DNA of 64,000 nucleotides, taken from sequence record PQ471516.1. One strand, written 5' to 3'. Of the stretch, positions 1 to 14,067 are shown one piece after another (position 1 is the first letter of the stretch; each line of letters opens with the position of its first letter). Both the position numbers and the translations under genes were made by a program. The notes beneath the pieces are model-generated. The model had not been told where the DNA came from, made no database searches, and saw only the letters and a program-made list of their open reading frames with translations.

Positions 1-282
1 CCATTCCTAAGCACTCTAAGTGAAGAAGAATTAGACGCTCTAAGCACCGAAGATCTTAAAACTGCAAAAGCAGCAGAGATCATCAAAGACCTAATCAACA
101 ATTCACTAAAAGGTGACGGTACTAATTCAATTGAGAATGAAGAAATCACTGTACAGAAAACTGTTCAACGTGTTAATAACGCATTGGATCGTACCAATGT
201 TGACTTCGTTGAACTACAGAACGTGTATCTAAACGTTCCTTCTGTTACTGATGCAAGTACTGTAGCTTACATCAAACTATAA
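1..282 (+). CDS. 5'-truncated hypothetical protein
   Basis: Frame 1 open from window start (PFLSTLSEEELDALS...) to TAA at 280-282. Confidence 0.7.
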   Translation, partial: PFLSTLSEEELDALSTEDLKTAKAAEIIKDLINNSLKGDGTNSIENEEITVQKTVQRVNNALDRTNVDFVELQNVYLNVPSVTDASTVAYIKL

Positions 283-305
283 TTTTTTTACATGGAGTTC
301 TTGAC

Positions 306-500
306 ATGACTGACAAAACCTTTTATGATCGTATTATTGAAGACAAGGGTGTGTTTGATAAAGTAATCTATGATTTAGAACTAATGATCAAAGATTCCCC
401 TAACCCACGAATGCGTACACAGGCTGAGTTTGCAAAAACTTACTTGGTTCAAGTTCAAGCAATTTGTGAAGCGATTAAAAAACATAACGATGGTGCTTGA
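306..500 (+). CDS. hypothetical protein
   Basis: 64-aa ORF with GGAG SD upstream. Confidence 0.7.
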   Translation: MTDKTFYDRIIEDKGVFDKVIYDLELMIKDSPNPRMRTQAEFAKTYLVQVQAICEAIKKHNDGA

Positions 501-525
501 CATTACCACCATCAAAATATATAAT
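497..525 (+). promoter_or_regulatory. sigma70 promoter
   Basis: TTGACA-17 nt-TATAAT. Confidence 0.8.
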
Positions 526-569
526 TATTACCGTAACGAACATTATAAAACATTGGAGCTTTTTATTAC

Positions 570-1629
<1,060 letters not shown>

Positions 1630-1642
1630 AAAATAATTTACT

Positions 1643-3808
<2,166 letters not shown>

Positions 3809-3809
<1 letters not shown>

Positions 3810-4597
3810 TGCCAAGTAAGAGCAAAAGTCAAGCTAAATTCATGGCGGCAGCCGCCCACAATCCTGAGTTTGCAAAGAAAGCTGGGATTTCCCAGGATGC
3901 AGCAAAGGAGTGGAACAATGCCGACGAGAAAGAAGGTAATTTGAAGAAAGGTTCTAAGTTGCCTAACAAGGTAAAAGAATCCAGTATGCGTGGTTTGGTT
4001 GATATCATCCAAGATGCAGAAATTTCTCAAGACATTGAAGAAACCTGTGATACAATGGTTGAACCTGAAGATAAAGAAACATTAGAAGAAATGCCACAAC
4101 GTTTTGATAGTTTCCAAGGACAAGACCGTGATGAGTTCGTTGATAAAACTGCTGAACTCACTGGTAAACACAACATGGTTCCATTTGCAAAGCATAAAGA
4201 TTTTGATGTTATGATGAGTAAAAATGGAACAGGCTTTATTGCTTATGATAAGCAAGGTAAGCAGTTGGGTATTGTTAGTGGTCATCTATCTAATGATGCA
4301 GTGGTTGGTGTTCAACAAGTGTTTGAGATTGCAGCAACAGCATCTAAAACAGGAACAAAAGGTATCATCTACAATATCTTTATGGATATGGTAGCAAATG
4401 GTATTGCAGTACTAAGCGACAGCTTACATACTGATGACGCAATTAAATTCTGGACACGTCTAATCGGGTCACATCAGGTTTATATTGTGGGTGGTGGTGA
4501 AGTCCTCGCCAAAGCAACTCCAGAGAAAGTACACAAGTACTGGAGTGATGATGAAAACAGCCCAAGTGCTGAACTACAATTACTATTAGTAAAATAA
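3809..4597 (+). CDS. hypothetical protein, possible C-terminal GNAT-like domain
   Basis: N-terminal MPSKSKSQAKFMAAAAHNP module; C-terminal GIIYNIF...VLSDSLHTDDAIKFW. Confidence 0.4.
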
Positions 4598-4600
4598 ATT

Positions 4601-4633
4601 ATATCGGGGTATTATATGCCTCGATATTTTTTT
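4601..4633 (+). terminator. rho-independent terminator
   Basis: ATATCGGGG/CCTCGATAT stem plus T tract. Confidence 0.7.
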
Positions 4634-4698
4634 GGAACAATAAAAACGTCAATGATATAATTTGATGAGACAAAGAGACATTGAAAAAAGGAATTATA

Positions 4699-6663
4699 AT
4701 GGCTAAGAAAGAAAGTGCAGTTCTTCAAGAACATGACGTACAACGATTGAATGACTACCAACATGCTCGACTACGTACAGAGATGTATCTTGGCTCTCGC
4801 TCTATCCACGAAAGTCAAGTACTGATTTTTGGTGAAAACGGATATGCTGTTAAAAACGTAGAATGGGTTCCTGCTATTCTTACTGCAACACGTGAAATCA
4901 TTGATAATAGCCTTGACGAATTCAAGAAAGCTGGTACTAAAGAACCAGTTCTTCGTGTCGAGTTTGATGAAGAAAACCTGTCATTCGAAATTAGTGATAA
5001 TGGTCGTGGTATTCCTATTGACTACGTTCCTGAGTATCAGAAAAACCTTTGCACGATGGTAATGACTGAAACGAAAACTGGTCGTAACTTTGACGATTCT
5101 AAGCGTGATGAAACTATCGGGCAGAACGGTCTAGGTGGTTCAGTTGCGATGATTGTAAGTTCTAAAGCTGAACTGGAAATTCATCGTCAGGGTCGCCCTT
5201 ATAAAACACAGACCAGCAATGACCAATATGATGGTTTCTATAAGTACAACCAGAAGTTTGAAGAAGGAACTATTATGTTCCCTGAGCTTCATGTACATGA
5301 ACCAACCATTCGTAAGGTACAAACTGACAAAACTGGTACTACTATTCGATTCACTCTAAGTACTGAAGTATTCCCGAATCGTGTATTACCAACAGAATTA
5401 CTTTTTAGTATTCTAAAAGAAATGGCAGCAGCTAACCCTACATACAAGATTTTCCTTAATGGTAAACGTATGACTATCAAGGGTAGTACTGAAAAAGCAC
5501 TGTTCAACGCATCTAAGCTAATGACCCTTAATGTTAAGGATGAGTCATTCAACTTTAACAGTACTTTCTACATTGTACCGAATGCTGTTTCCGACATGAA
5601 CACAAACTTCCATATGCATGGTCTTGTGAACAACGCCCCTGCATTTGATGGTGGTACACATCTTGACACGTTCAAGAAGTTCTTCTCGTTGGGTGTTGGT
5701 TCTGCTCTAGAGAAAGAAGCCAAGAAGCGTCGTATGAAGCCTAACCGTTCTGACATTGAAGAAGGTTTGCTAATCTATAACGTAACAACAATGAAAGCAC
5801 CATCATTCAACTCACAGATTAAATCTAAACTAACAAACGAAAACGTTATTCGTCCAATTCAACAAGCGATGAGTACTGAATGGTTTGATGAATTAGTTAA
5901 GAAGAACAAAGAATGGGTTGATGAAATCTTTGAACGTTGTGCAGCCCGTACCAACAAGAAAGATGCAGAAGAAGATCGCCGTCTTGCCAAGAAACTACTA
6001 AAAGGTAAAGTTGCAAAACTACTTGATAGTACTGGTGTTGACCGTAGTACCTGTATTCTGTTGATCGCTGAGGGTGATTCTGCTATTTCAAACATGGCAA
6101 GTGCTCGTGATCCTAAAGTTCATGGTATTCTACCTTTGCGTGGTAAAATCATGAACGTAAGTGGTTCTGAGAAAACTAAAGAACTTATGGATTCTATGGC
6201 ATTGCATGATATAATGGCGAGCATCAACTTGATCCCTGGTGTGAAAGCTGAACGTGCAGACCTTAACTACGGTAAGCTTTATATCTGTGCGGACGAAGAT
6301 GAGGATGGTAAAAACATTGGTGCATTGGTTTGTAACTTCCTATATAAGTTCTGGCCTGAACTGTTCCAAGATCCAGAGAACCCATTTGTTTATGTGTTCA
6401 AAACACCATTCATCATTCTAGAGAAAGGTAAAGAATCCAAGTACTTCTATGGTCATGATGTTGACCAGTACAATCCAGATGACTGGAAAGGCTGGAAAGC
6501 AACGCGTGCGAAAGGTCTTGGAACACTAGAGAAAGCAAACTTCCGTGATGCTTTCACAAACAGTGTTGCTGTAGCAATCACCGATGATGGACGCTTAGGT
6601 GAAACACTGGATTTGATTTTCAACAAGAAACGTGCAGACGACCGCAAATCTTGGATGGAATAA
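4699..6663 (+). CDS. DNA topoisomerase II large subunit (GyrB/ParE-like, gp39+gp60 fused)
   Basis: EIIDNSLDE, DNGRGIP, GQNGLGG, TOPRIM AEGDSA, PLRGKIMN, DEDEDG; ATG 4699 chosen. Confidence 0.95.
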   Translation: MAKKESAVLQEHDVQRLNDYQHARLRTEMYLGSRSIHESQVLIFGENGYAVKNVEWVPAILTATREIIDNSLDEFKKAGTKEPVLRVEFDEENLSFEISDNGRGIPIDYVPEYQKNLCTMVMTETKTGRNFDDSKRDETIGQNGLGGSVAMIVSSKAELEIHRQGRPYKTQTSNDQYDGFYKYNQKFEEGTIMFPELHVHEPTIRKVQTDKTGTTIRFTLSTEVFPNRVLPTELLFSILKEMAAANPTYKIFLNGKRMTIKGSTEKALFNASKLMTLNVKDESFNFNSTFYIVPNAVSDMNTNFHMHGLVNNAPAFDGGTHLDTFKKFFSLGVGSALEKEAKKRRMKPNRSDIEEGLLIYNVTTMKAPSFNSQIKSKLTNENVIRPIQQAMSTEWFDELVKKNKEWVDEIFERCAARTNKKDAEEDRRLAKKLLKGKVAKLLDSTGVDRSTCILLIAEGDSAISNMASARDPKVHGILPLRGKIMNVSGSEKTKELMDSMALHDIMASINLIPGVKAERADLNYGKLYICADEDEDGKNIGALVCNFLYKFWPELFQDPENPFVYVFKTPFIILEKGKESKYFYGHDVDQYNPDDWKGWKATRAKGLGTLEKANFRDAFTNSVAVAITDDGRLGETLDLIFNKKRADDRKSWME

Positions 6664-6716
6664 TATAGATTTTAGGGAGTGCATTGTGTACTCCCTCATT
6701 ACAAAGAGACAATGGA

Positions 6717-8129
6717 ATGGCTAAAAGTAAAAAGACCGACGATCAACAAATTGTAAACACTAATCTAACACTACTAGACTATAATAGTTCAGACTATGTA
6801 AACACTACATCTCTTGAGTACTCAATGTACACATTAGACCGTGCAATCCCTGGTATTGATGGCCTTAAAAGTTCTCAACGTAAAGCAATCTTTACTTTAT
6901 CTAAGGTCAGTGGTGAAATCAAAACCGTATCCTGTGCTGGTAAGATGATTAGTGATGGTATCTATCTACATGGTGATACTTCCGCATCTGGTACATTACA
7001 GAACCTAGCATCACCTGTAGCAAACAACTACCCTCTCATTGGGAAACGTGGTGGCTTTGGCACTCAAGTTAACAGTACTCCTGCATCTGCTCGTTATACC
7101 TATGTGAAAAAGAATAAAAGTACTGAAATGCTTGTTCTCCGTGATATGGATATTATTCCTATGAAAGAGAACTATGACGGTACAACAATGGAACCTATGT
7201 ATTTCCTACCAATCATCCCACTATCTTTATTTGGTAACGATAGTATGTCAGTAGGTTATAAGAGTACAATTATGCCTCATAAGATTGAGGATGTAATTGA
7301 TAACTGTATCCGTGCTATTGAGAAGAAGAAACTTAAAGAGATGACTCCTTATTATGTTTCTTGTGGAGCAAGTGATATCGTAACTAAGCTAGATGAGAAC
7401 AAATATGAGTTCTATGGAAAAGCTGAAATCATTGATGCAAGCACAGTAAAAGTAACAGGTCTACCACCAAACTACGGAATTGAGAAGTTCATTGAGAAAC
7501 TAATCAAGATGAGCGATGATGGTGATATCCGTGATTATGACAATGACAGTACTGATGTTATTGACATTACAATCAAGCTACCACGTGGTACATCGCAGAA
7601 GTGGGTTGAAAAGGATGCTATTGAGTATTTTGGATTGCACAAGAAACTAACCCAGCACTTAACCGTACTAGGTGAAAATGGTAAAGTTAAGGTGTATGAT
7701 GATACATTGGAGTTGATTAAAGACTTCGTAAACTTCCGTTTCCAGTACTACGTTAAGCGTTATGAGCGTAAACTACAGGAATGTGACGCTGAAGTTCGTT
7801 ATAAAATCCTTATCAAAGAGTGTTTTGATAATGATATGATTGGTAAAGTTAAATCCTTTGCTAACAGAGCCGAGATGGTAAACTTTGTTACATCAATGAA
7901 TGGTGAAATTGAAGCAACTCCTGAAAACATTCAGAGTATTGTGAACTTCCCATCGTATCGTTGGACACAGGACAACTACGCAGCAGTACTGGAAGATATC
8001 CAAACCAATCTAGATCTCATGGATAAGTACAATGCTCTATTGGCTAATCATGATGCCATCTGGGATATCTATAAAGAAGAGTTAAAAGAACTACGTAAAG
8101 TCGATTTCACTCCTAAATCAGACGGTTAA
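6717..8129 (+). CDS. DNA topoisomerase II medium subunit (GyrA/ParC-like, gp52)
   Basis: RAIPGIDGLKSSQRK, YLHGDTS, ASARYT catalytic Tyr; ATG 6717 chosen. Confidence 0.95.
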   Translation: MAKSKKTDDQQIVNTNLTLLDYNSSDYVNTTSLEYSMYTLDRAIPGIDGLKSSQRKAIFTLSKVSGEIKTVSCAGKMISDGIYLHGDTSASGTLQNLASPVANNYPLIGKRGGFGTQVNSTPASARYTYVKKNKSTEMLVLRDMDIIPMKENYDGTTMEPMYFLPIIPLSLFGNDSMSVGYKSTIMPHKIEDVIDNCIRAIEKKKLKEMTPYYVSCGASDIVTKLDENKYEFYGKAEIIDASTVKVTGLPPNYGIEKFIEKLIKMSDDGDIRDYDNDSTDVIDITIKLPRGTSQKWVEKDAIEYFGLHKKLTQHLTVLGENGKVKVYDDTLELIKDFVNFRFQYYVKRYERKLQECDAEVRYKILIKECFDNDMIGKVKSFANRAEMVNFVTSMNGEIEATPENIQSIVNFPSYRWTQDNYAAVLEDIQTNLDLMDKYNALLANHDAIWDIYKEELKELRKVDFTPKSDG

Positions 8130-8141
8130 CATATAATAGCG

Positions 8142-8170
8142 AGAAGACCTTATGGGTCTTCTTGTTTCTT
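8142..8170 (+). terminator. rho-independent terminator
   Basis: AGAAGACC/GGTCTTCT stem, T-rich tail. Confidence 0.6.
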
Positions 8171-8172
8171 TA

Positions 8173-8180
8173 TATAAATA
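8173..8180 (+). promoter_or_regulatory. T4-type late promoter
   Basis: TATAAATA ~38 nt upstream of a structural gene. Confidence 0.7.
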
Positions 8181-8217
8181 ATCTATAGATAATCGTAGCG
8201 AGCTATGGAGAAATGAA

Positions 8218-10611
8218 ATGGCAATTTTTACCCCTCAATGGGATATAAAAGCTGATGCACGATACATACAAGAAGGACAGGATATTCTTGTACGCCTAAG
8301 TATCAATAAAGAAAGCACAACTAATGATAGCTATACTCTAAATGCTGATGAATACTTAGAAATGATTCTGAATATTCAATGCTTAGATAGTTCAGGTGCA
8401 GTATTTTCAGCGGAATCACATTATACTATTAATGTTGGTGATGATTTAAACAATTTACAACCTTTATCAACTGGTATCACAGGGAACAAACTAATCAATG
8501 GTAAACATAAATGTAAGATTGCCAAGACTAGTTTTGAACTATCCAGTACAGAACAATCACAAGATGTATATTACATAAAACTACACTGTATTGATGATGG
8601 TACATTTAACAGTACTGAACAAATAAACTTCTTTTTACAATCAGTGAATGTAATGTATTTTGGTAATATTTCACCTAGTGGTGAATTGCGTAATACAGAA
8701 GTAACAGTTACATATGATAGTCAAGAAGTATGGGTAACACCAGGTGTAGAGATTGGTGATGACAAGCAGCTATATTGCATTGGGGATGTTGAATACGGCT
8801 CTAACAGTACTTTATTCGTTCAGGGCTTTGGACGCCGCAGACCGTTTATTATCGGAACTGACACAAGTGATGACATTACCCCTAGAGTGTATTTTCCTGC
8901 ATATCGTTTATTGGATATGGATATTTCTGAAGTTCCATCAAGACACATTACTAATGATTATGCTATATTGCGACCATTACCTGCCACATGGCCTTTGAAT
9001 GGTATCAATAAAGAAGTTAAAGTTAATATCGAAGACAAACAACGTAATGTTACAAACACTGGGATGGTCTTTAACCCGAATGGTCAATTCCTACAAACTT
9101 TCTTGTATGAATCTGATGCATGTGACTTGTACTTTAAAGTTGAAATCGTAGATATTCTTTCTATGTACACTGATGATAGTGAACGATTTGCAATTAACCA
9201 ACGTTATAAAGCCTATCAGATGTGGGTATGTCCAGAAGACATTGATGGTATATATGCAACTTCTGATAAACCATTACCGAATCATTTGTACCAATTAAAA
9301 GATAACGTAGTTTATCCATACGTAATCGTCGGTGAATATGACCTTGGTGAAACTAAACCAGTCTTTAATAGTTCTGACTGGAATGACTTAGGGTACTATG
9401 ATGCAACATTAGGTGAAAATATTATTGGTGAAACCAAAATGTTCAGAGTACTAATGAACGCAGAAGAAGGAAGTACAATCAACTTCATTACTGATAGTGA
9501 TTTAGGTACAGTTCACGTTGGTGAATACTTTGGTCATACAAACGTTGCACAAATTCAAACTAACAGTACTAATCAGGTGTCTTATATACTTGATGGTGGT
9601 GATAGTATTCAGAAGTATGGTTTATATCTAACTCCTGATGGTTATATAGCAGGCACAGCTTATGCTAAGAGTATGGACTTTAGTGCAAATGATGATATAA
9701 AATTAGAATTCAAAGTGAAAGCATATGACACCACTGGTGCATCAGCTACACAAACATTCAAGCTGTCAATCGTTCGTGGTTTTGGTCAGAACTATATAAG
9801 TGCACATATTGTTCCTTCAGTATCTTTGGAACGAGATTGGTTTAAATGTATCAGTACTGCATCGTTTACTAACCAAGCGTACCATCGTCAATCGGATGAT
9901 AGATATGGGTTACAGAAAGTGCCTCGTATGCTATTGAAAGAAAACTTCTTAAACCAGAACTATATCTATACAACATTAGGTAATCTAAAGAAAGTTCTAA
10001 GAGATAATATTGTAAATCCTGATGGTTCAACTATCCCTGATGGGAAGTTCAAGATGGTTTTAGGTAACTACAAAATCATGTCAGCACTTGACAACCAAGG
10101 TAACTTACAGTATGATTTATTATATCGTGAAGTGTTACCAGAAGGTTCATTAGTTTCTGTGTCTAGAAAGCCACGCTCTTATACCGATATACCTAACGGT
10201 TCATTGGGTGAGTTGTTTGGATTGAGACAGAACATATATGATGTTATTGGTGAAGATACTACAAACTTACTGAAAGACCCAACGGATCTCCAAAACCGTG
10301 GTTTGTATGTAGATGCTATATCTGGGTTAAGTGAAGAAATGTTGGATACTGTACCACGCTTCATGAATCACCCATACCAAGAAGATGGTATTGTTAAACG
10401 CTTTATGCCTATAATTCCAGTAGCGTACTGTGCACCTGGGAAGGCAGAAGCATTCTTTAACACTTTACTTATGAACAATGAACATGCTAACATGGTCGGT
10501 GTGGAATTTGAAATTACCTCTGTTGAGTTCGGATACTGGACTAATGACGACAATAATTATCTACATGATACATTCTTGATATCATTACAAAACAACAATT
10601 TAGGAGGCTAA
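8218..10611 (+). CDS. structural protein, putative baseplate/tail component with Ig-like repeat
   Basis: 797 aa, beta-rich; GLYLTPDGYIAGT...FKVKAYD...TQTFKLSI Ig-like pattern; late promoter. Confidence 0.55.
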   Translation: MAIFTPQWDIKADARYIQEGQDILVRLSINKESTTNDSYTLNADEYLEMILNIQCLDSSGAVFSAESHYTINVGDDLNNLQPLSTGITGNKLINGKHKCKIAKTSFELSSTEQSQDVYYIKLHCIDDGTFNSTEQINFFLQSVNVMYFGNISPSGELRNTEVTVTYDSQEVWVTPGVEIGDDKQLYCIGDVEYGSNSTLFVQGFGRRRPFIIGTDTSDDITPRVYFPAYRLLDMDISEVPSRHITNDYAILRPLPATWPLNGINKEVKVNIEDKQRNVTNTGMVFNPNGQFLQTFLYESDACDLYFKVEIVDILSMYTDDSERFAINQRYKAYQMWVCPEDIDGIYATSDKPLPNHLYQLKDNVVYPYVIVGEYDLGETKPVFNSSDWNDLGYYDATLGENIIGETKMFRVLMNAEEGSTINFITDSDLGTVHVGEYFGHTNVAQIQTNSTNQVSYILDGGDSIQKYGLYLTPDGYIAGTAYAKSMDFSANDDIKLEFKVKAYDTTGASATQTFKLSIVRGFGQNYISAHIVPSVSLERDWFKCISTASFTNQAYHRQSDDRYGLQKVPRMLLKENFLNQNYIYTTLGNLKKVLRDNIVNPDGSTIPDGKFKMVLGNYKIMSALDNQGNLQYDLLYREVLPEGSLVSVSRKPRSYTDIPNGSLGELFGLRQNIYDVIGEDTTNLLKDPTDLQNRGLYVDAISGLSEEMLDTVPRFMNHPYQEDGIVKRFMPIIPVAYCAPGKAEAFFNTLLMNNEHANMVGVEFEITSVEFGYWTNDDNNYLHDTFLISLQNNNLGG

Positions 10612-10612
10612 T

Positions 10613-10924
10613 ATGTTCAATCCATTTTTTGACCCATCAACCTTTACTGACAAAGAACTTCAGTTGAAGATTAACGAACAATCTATGCGTATTGCATCAG
10701 CCAGAGCAGCAGGGATGGGTGATGCTATTGTATCTAATATGCAAGTAGTACTAAATCAGTGCTATGATGAAATTGAACTACGTCAAGGTACTAAAGAGAA
10801 AAGTACATATGATGACGCAGATCCTTGTGTGTTTGATATGGAATCGTACTTAACTGATAACGATGAGGATAGTAAGAAGAAAAATGAAAGTTCAAGGAAA
10901 CAGATTTATAAGTCCCAATGGTGA
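10613..10924 (+). CDS. hypothetical protein
   Basis: ORF with GGAGG SD. Confidence 0.75.
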   Translation: MFNPFFDPSTFTDKELQLKINEQSMRIASARAAGMGDAIVSNMQVVLNQCYDEIELRQGTKEKSTYDDADPCVFDMESYLTDNDEDSKKKNESSRKQIYKSQW

Positions 10925-11402
10925 TGTAAAATGTAACCTTAACTCTGTTGTGTATGCAATCAACTGTGGTGCTGATATTCAGTACTTGCAGTTGGTTGAC
11001 ATTGATGAACCAGAACGACAGAAATTCAATGATAACTGTAGAAAATTCGGGTTAGAGCAGCGTATGCTGGATTACGAAATTGAGCATGATAAGAATCATG
11101 AACTTTGGCGTTATGATGCGGTATACGATAAGATTAACCTACGTGATTTTTTCCTGGAAAAGTGTACATCTGACGCAGCACGTGAACGTGTTATGTATGA
11201 AATTGATTTATTCGAACACTACAATATGACCAAATTATTGCGTTGTATGATTTGGCTAGTGGACTACATGGAAGAACATGAAATCTTCTGGGGCTTAGGT
11301 CGTGGTAGTTCAGTAGCTTCATATTGTTTGTTCCTGATTGATTTGCATATGGTTGACTCATTGAAGTATAACCTAGATGTGAATGAATTTTTGAAATGGT
11401 AG
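10884..11402 (+). CDS. DNA polymerase III alpha (DnaE) internal-fragment homolog
   Basis: RERVMYEI..F....L....LVD......WGLGRGSSVAS..LFLI....VD..KYNL...EFL. Confidence 0.8.
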   Translation: MKVQGNRFISPNGDVKCNLNSVVYAINCGADIQYLQLVDIDEPERQKFNDNCRKFGLEQRMLDYEIEHDKNHELWRYDAVYDKINLRDFFLEKCTSDAARERVMYEIDLFEHYNMTKLLRCMIWLVDYMEEHEIFWGLGRGSSVASYCLFLIDLHMVDSLKYNLDVNEFLKW

Positions 11403-11462
11403 AGAAACATGTGATATAATGTTCGATGTGATGTTATATCTCAATTAAAAAAGGATTTTTAT

Positions 11463-11807
11463 ATGTCTAAACATACAACTTATCGCGGTACTATTATTGA
11501 TATGGATATGCTTAAGTATCAGAACCAACATCAAGTTGCATTAGGTAATGCAAACCTAAATGCTCGTGGTGATAAAATCGGTTCTGGTGGTACAGTGATT
11601 AAAACACGTGAAGAACTCATTCAAGAGAAAGAACGTGAAATGCAAATTCCTGACTTTGTTCCTGAGCACCAACTTCACAGTACTGAAATCGGTACAGACG
11701 ATGGTTGGGATGATTCTAGCTTTGAAGTAGAACCATACGAACAGGTAGAACAAGTTTCTGAAGAGAAAAAAGCACCACGTCGTGCAAAAACTAAAGATCA
11801 GGAGTAA
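11463..11807 (+). CDS. hypothetical protein (AxGNxxxNARGD motif)
   Basis: ORF with SD; acidic C-terminus. Confidence 0.75.
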   Translation: MSKHTTYRGTIIDMDMLKYQNQHQVALGNANLNARGDKIGSGGTVIKTREELIQEKEREMQIPDFVPEHQLHSTEIGTDDGWDDSSFEVEPYEQVEQVSEEKKAPRRAKTKDQE

Positions 11808-11810
11808 TCA

Positions 11811-12137
11811 ATGGCTGATAAAGTTATGGTAGCATGTAAAGGTAAAGTACTGGTTACTGAGCTTGAGCATGGTGAACGTAAAACTGCTGGCGGCATTGTA
11901 CTAACCAGTGATGATGGTAAAATTCGCGGCATCCGTTGTCGTTGGGCGAAAGTCTATTCTGTTGGTGAAGACATTACTGACATTAAAGAAGGTCAATGGA
12001 TTCTAATTGACCACGGTCGTTGGTCACGTACAATTGAGATTGATGGTATTCAACTAAACCTAGTTGATTATCCAGCAGCAGTAAGCCTGGTATCTGATGA
12101 AGACCCACGTACCAAAGCACAAACCTTTGGTCGTTAA
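11811..12137 (+). CDS. groES: co-chaperonin GroES
   Basis: KVLV....E.KTAGGIVL.....V.SVG......IKEG..IL. Confidence 0.85.
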   Translation: MADKVMVACKGKVLVTELEHGERKTAGGIVLTSDDGKIRGIRCRWAKVYSVGEDITDIKEGQWILIDHGRWSRTIEIDGIQLNLVDYPAAVSLVSDEDPRTKAQTFGR

Positions 12138-12151
12138 TACAATATAAAGAT

Positions 12152-12178
12152 AGCTCTGAACTATGTTCAGGGCTTTTT
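12152..12178 (+). terminator. rho-independent terminator
   Basis: AGCTCTGAAC/GTTCAGGGCT plus T tract. Confidence 0.75.
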
Positions 12179-12193
12179 ATTTGAGGTGTAAAA

Positions 12194-12463
12194 ATGATAA
12201 CAGATGATGATAAATTCAGTTTCTGTGATGTGCAGTTAGTATCCAAAACTGGACGATTTATGTTCGAAGACCGAAAGAACAATAAGTATGTTTATGAAGT
12301 TTCACATGATATGTTTCGTGCATTATTAGTGATTGCAGCAAATTCACAAGCTACTGGACACAAGACCAAATACAATTCGTTTGATTTTCTTTTTAATCAA
12401 CTAGAAATAACTGAAGATTTGTTTACTGCCCTTCTTTATGACCATAAAGATTGGGTTCAATAA
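12194..12463 (+). CDS. hypothetical protein
   Basis: ORF with GAGGT SD. Confidence 0.7.
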   Translation: MITDDDKFSFCDVQLVSKTGRFMFEDRKNNKYVYEVSHDMFRALLVIAANSQATGHKTKYNSFDFLFNQLEITEDLFTALLYDHKDWVQ

Positions 12464-12492
12464 CCTGTTTATATACAAAAAGGAAAAACACT

Positions 12493-13446
12493 ATGACTAC
12501 ATTATGGACTGAAAAATACCGCCCAGCTACAATGGAAGATTACGTATCCAAGAATGATGCTCTACGTCAAAAACTAGAAGAGTGGATTCGCACTGGTGAT
12601 ATTCCACACATTGGGTTCTTTGGTCCCGCTGGTACTGGTAAAACCTCTGCTATTAAGGTTCTACTAAATGGTCTAGAAGCAAATGGTCATCTTGATCCAA
12701 GTGACGTTACTATCCTGAACATGTCCGATGAAGGTATCGATGCAGTTCGTGATAAAATCGATGCAGCAGCAAAACTGTCATGTTTCGGTCGTTACCGTAT
12801 CTTCGTACTAGAAGAAATGGAGCAGATGAACCACAAAGCACAAGGTAGCTTGAAACGTGTAATGGAAGATTATCATGAGAATGCTCGCTTTATTCTTACT
12901 TCCAATGAACCACATAAAATCCAAAAACCTATCATTTCTCGTGTACAGGTAATTACCATTGAGAAACATGATATGGAACAGTTCATGACTCGTATCATCA
13001 ATATTTTGCTTGCTGAAGGTGTTGACCTGAGTTCCGAAGAAAGTATTGACCAAGTTCAACAGTACATCAACGCTTCATATCCAGACTTCCGTAAAACACT
13101 AAACGTATTGCAGAGTTCGGTAGTTGATGGTAAACTTGTAAAACTTGAAGACAGTATTGAAAACTCTGCTGGTTATCGTACTGCAATTGTAGATGCACTA
13201 AAAGCTGGTAACATTCGTCAGATGCGTGAACAAATCGTTCAGAACATCCCTGATGATGATATGGATGCGTTTTTCTCTTATCTATATCGTAATGCAGAAA
13301 TGTTCAGTACTGATGAAATTACCCTGATGAAAATCAAGGTTAAGATTCGTGATGCAGTAGTTAAGCAAGCAACAGTATCTGACCGTGAGATGAACCTTAG
13401 TGCATTGCTGTGTGAAATTGACCTAATCTGTTCAGGGAACATGTAA
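12493..13446 (+). CDS. sliding clamp loader AAA+ subunit (gp44/RFC-like)
   Basis: LWTEKYRP, GPAGTGKTS, Walker B LEEMEQ, SRV, PDFRK. Confidence 0.92.
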   Translation: MTTLWTEKYRPATMEDYVSKNDALRQKLEEWIRTGDIPHIGFFGPAGTGKTSAIKVLLNGLEANGHLDPSDVTILNMSDEGIDAVRDKIDAAAKLSCFGRYRIFVLEEMEQMNHKAQGSLKRVMEDYHENARFILTSNEPHKIQKPIISRVQVITIEKHDMEQFMTRIINILLAEGVDLSSEESIDQVQQYINASYPDFRKTLNVLQSSVVDGKLVKLEDSIENSAGYRTAIVDALKAGNIRQMREQIVQNIPDDDMDAFFSYLYRNAEMFSTDEITLMKIKVKIRDAVVKQATVSDREMNLSALLCEIDLICSGNM

Positions 13447-14063
13447 TGAAAAAGAAATGTGCCGTTTGGGATTGTGACGAAGTATTACTTGACCATATCG
13501 GTGGGTTGTATTGGTTTGTTAAAGACCATTATGATATTCACCCAACTTCACAATATCCCGTTAGTTACGATTTGCGAGCGTGGTTAGGTGGTATTACATC
13601 TGCTGAAGTGCAAGAGATTATCAAGCACTTCAATCAAAACTCATATGAGTTTGGACTGCTTGAACCGTTAGAGCACAATACGGTTCAAATTATGCAAGAA
13701 TTACGTGATAAGTTTCCTGATGTTCATTTTGTAGTACTGACTAAATCGGGAACACGTGGTCATGGTGAGGTTCTTCGCAAAGTAAACCTAATGAATACCT
13801 TTGGTAGTTTGTTTGATGATATTATCATCGTTGAAATGCAAGAATCCAAGAAAGCTGCTTTACAGAAACTACAGAACCAGTACGATGTAAAATTCCTTGT
13901 GGATGATTACATTAAGAATATTGAAACTGCGATGGATTTGGATATTCCTGCCGTTATGATGCGTTCAAGTCATAACTTGGATTATAAAAACAATCACGAA
14001 GGCTTCAAATATTGCAATAACTGGGCTGACTTACGTCTAGAAATTTATTCAATGATGAAGTAA
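13446..14063 (+). CDS. HAD-family 5'(3')-deoxyribonucleotidase-like
   Basis: WDCDEVLLD motif I, LTKS, LVDD motif IV. Confidence 0.75.
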   Translation: MKKKCAVWDCDEVLLDHIGGLYWFVKDHYDIHPTSQYPVSYDLRAWLGGITSAEVQEIIKHFNQNSYEFGLLEPLEHNTVQIMQELRDKFPDVHFVVLTKSGTRGHGEVLRKVNLMNTFGSLFDDIIIVEMQESKKAALQKLQNQYDVKFLVDDYIKNIETAMDLDIPAVMMRSSHNLDYKNNHEGFKYCNNWADLRLEIYSMMK

Positions 14064-14067
14064 GAAT

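Noticed and set aside
4699-8129. Intein or intron in the topoisomerase genes
   Set aside because: Lengths and motifs are contiguous; no insertion seen
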